Shown here piece after piece: positions 62,926 through 64,000 of a stretch of 64,000 nucleotides of DNA. Position 1 is the stretch's first letter; each line of letters opens with the position of its first letter. Both the position numbers and the translations under genes were made by a program. The stretch is from Elusimicrobia bacterium GWC2_61_19 (lineage in GTDB: Bacteria; Elusimicrobiota; Elusimicrobia; Elusimicrobiales; UBA9959): the NCBI GenBank assembly GCA_001799795.1, contig MGUD01000018.1:2647-66646 (forward strand), written 5' to 3'. A model generated the notes under the pieces. The model did no database searches and was not told the DNA's origin. It worked only from the letters and a program-made list of their open reading frames with translations.

Positions 62926-63615
62926 ATGAAGAATAACGTGATCGCGCTCGCTGTAGCGGCGGGGTTTCTGTACGCCGTTGCCGCGCGCGCCCAGCAGACT
63001 GAAAACATGGGGGGAAACATGCAGCAAACAATGCAAACCTACAAGGCGGCGCAATATCCGGACCTCTCCGGAATGCCCGGCTTCAGCAGCCAGTTGATAG
63101 CCAACCACATTAAGCTCTACCAGGGCTACGTGAACAACACGAATGCCCTGGCAGAGAAACTTGCGGCCATGCTCGCCGAAGGCAAAGAGAAAAACCCGGA
63201 GTACGCTGAGCTCAAACGGCGTTTCGGCTGGGAGTTCAACGGCATGCGCCTGCACGAGCTGTATTTCGACAACCTCGGCGGAAGCGGCATAGCCAGGCAG
63301 AGCAGCCGGATACACAAGGCCATCCAGGACGACTTCGGAAGTTTCGAGGCCTGGAAAAAGGACTTCACGGCCACCGGCCTTATGCGCGGCGTCGGCTGGA
63401 CGGTCCTATACCGGGACAACACCTCCGGCAGGCTGTTCAACGCCTGGATAAACGAGCACGACGGCGGCCACCTGGCCGGCTGCACACCGCTGCTGATAAT
63501 GGACGTATTCGAGCACGCCTATCTGACCGACTATCAGCTGGACAAGGCCAAGTACATCGAAGCCTTTTTCATGGTGATAAACTGGGACGAGGTGGACAAG
63601 CGCTGGCCGAAGTAA
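62926..63615 (+). CDS. Fe/Mn-family superoxide dismutase with N-terminal signal peptide
   Basis: GGGGGAAG SD. Signal-like MKNNVIALAVAAGFLYAVAARAQ. SOD motifs HIKLYQGYV, GWTVL and MDVFEHAYL. Confidence 0.8.
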   Translation: MKNNVIALAVAAGFLYAVAARAQQTENMGGNMQQTMQTYKAAQYPDLSGMPGFSSQLIANHIKLYQGYVNNTNALAEKLAAMLAEGKEKNPEYAELKRRFGWEFNGMRLHELYFDNLGGSGIARQSSRIHKAIQDDFGSFEAWKKDFTATGLMRGVGWTVLYRDNTSGRLFNAWINEHDGGHLAGCTPLLIMDVFEHAYLTDYQLDKAKYIEAFFMVINWDEVDKRWPK

Positions 63616-63711
63616 CGAACTCCGCTGCCCGGCTAAGGAAGGGGCTGCGGCTGGCCCCTTCCGGCCGGCTTTGAGACGGATAGAAAAATAAAATAACGAG
63701 AGGTGCGATAA

Positions 63712-64000
63712 ATGAAAGGCGATACAGAACTGATAAAGACGCTGAATTCACTGTTGGCCGACGAGCTTACGGCCATCAACCAGTACATGGTGCATTCCGA
63801 AATGTGCGGCAACTGGGGCTACGCCAAGCTGCACAAGCATTTAGAGAAACGGGCCATCACCGAGATGAAGCACGCGGAGAAACTAATCGGGCGCATACTT
63901 TTCCTGGAAGGCCTGCCCACCGTAAGCGTCCTGAATAAGATCTCGATAGGCGCCGACGTGCCCAAGCAGCTGGTTAACGACCACGCCGCCGAGGCGGGCG
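63712..64000 (+). CDS. bfr: Bacterioferritin, 5' part (3' end outside window)
   Basis: GAGG SD. MKGDTELIKTLNSLLADELTAINQYMVHSEM...EMKHAEKLI. The frame is open to the window end and is not in the ORF track because there is no stop. Confidence 0.8.
   Translation, partial: MKGDTELIKTLNSLLADELTAINQYMVHSEMCGNWGYAKLHKHLEKRAITEMKHAEKLIGRILFLEGLPTVSVLNKISIGADVPKQLVNDHAAEAG

Overview
GC-rich bacterial chromosomal window, densely coded with about 60 protein genes and one tRNA. I saw no rRNA, CRISPR array, transposase or integrase. All calls rest on motif and architecture recognition by eye, with no searches run. The gene content suggests a diderm organism (Lnt, SurA-like PPIase, PorV-like barrel). It also suggests an anaerobe-type metabolism (2-oxoacid:ferredoxin oxidoreductase) alongside a heavy oxygen-tolerance load: a complete Bat operon, WrbA, an exported SOD and bacterioferritin. 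Housekeeping genes recognised are dtd, rnr, lnt, cca, folE, tRNA-Gly(CCC), speH-speE, rpiB, a fused tal-pgi, pyk and an Uup-like ABC-F protein. The best candidate for an undescribed system is the same-strand block 1229..12144 (minus strand). It holds an orphan GlmL/MutL-type ASKHA ATPase trio with no B12 mutase, two paralogous GT-C-like giant membrane proteins, and a tightly coupled four-gene membrane module with its own promoter. None of the nine genes fits a known pathway. Other points worth a second look: a ~146-nt three-way-junction structured element followed by an intrinsic terminator (19691..19898), next to a HigB/Gp49-XRE toxin-antitoxin islet; a second Y-shaped element (24604..24733); a perfect 27-bp AT-rich palindrome after tal-pgi; a 1885-aa Kelch/Fn3 protein with a T9SS/FlgD-type C-terminal domain next to a PorV-like barrel; a CPAF-like S41 protease coupled to a ChaN/Tiki-like protein; a tripartite Tal-Pgi-beta-domain fusion; a pyruvate kinase lacking its C-domain; and a recurring layout in which a -10 box sits just upstream of the ATG, suggesting leaderless mRNAs, including a tRNA that ends 4 nt before a start codon. 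The many long antisense ORFs are GC-driven shadows and were rejected.
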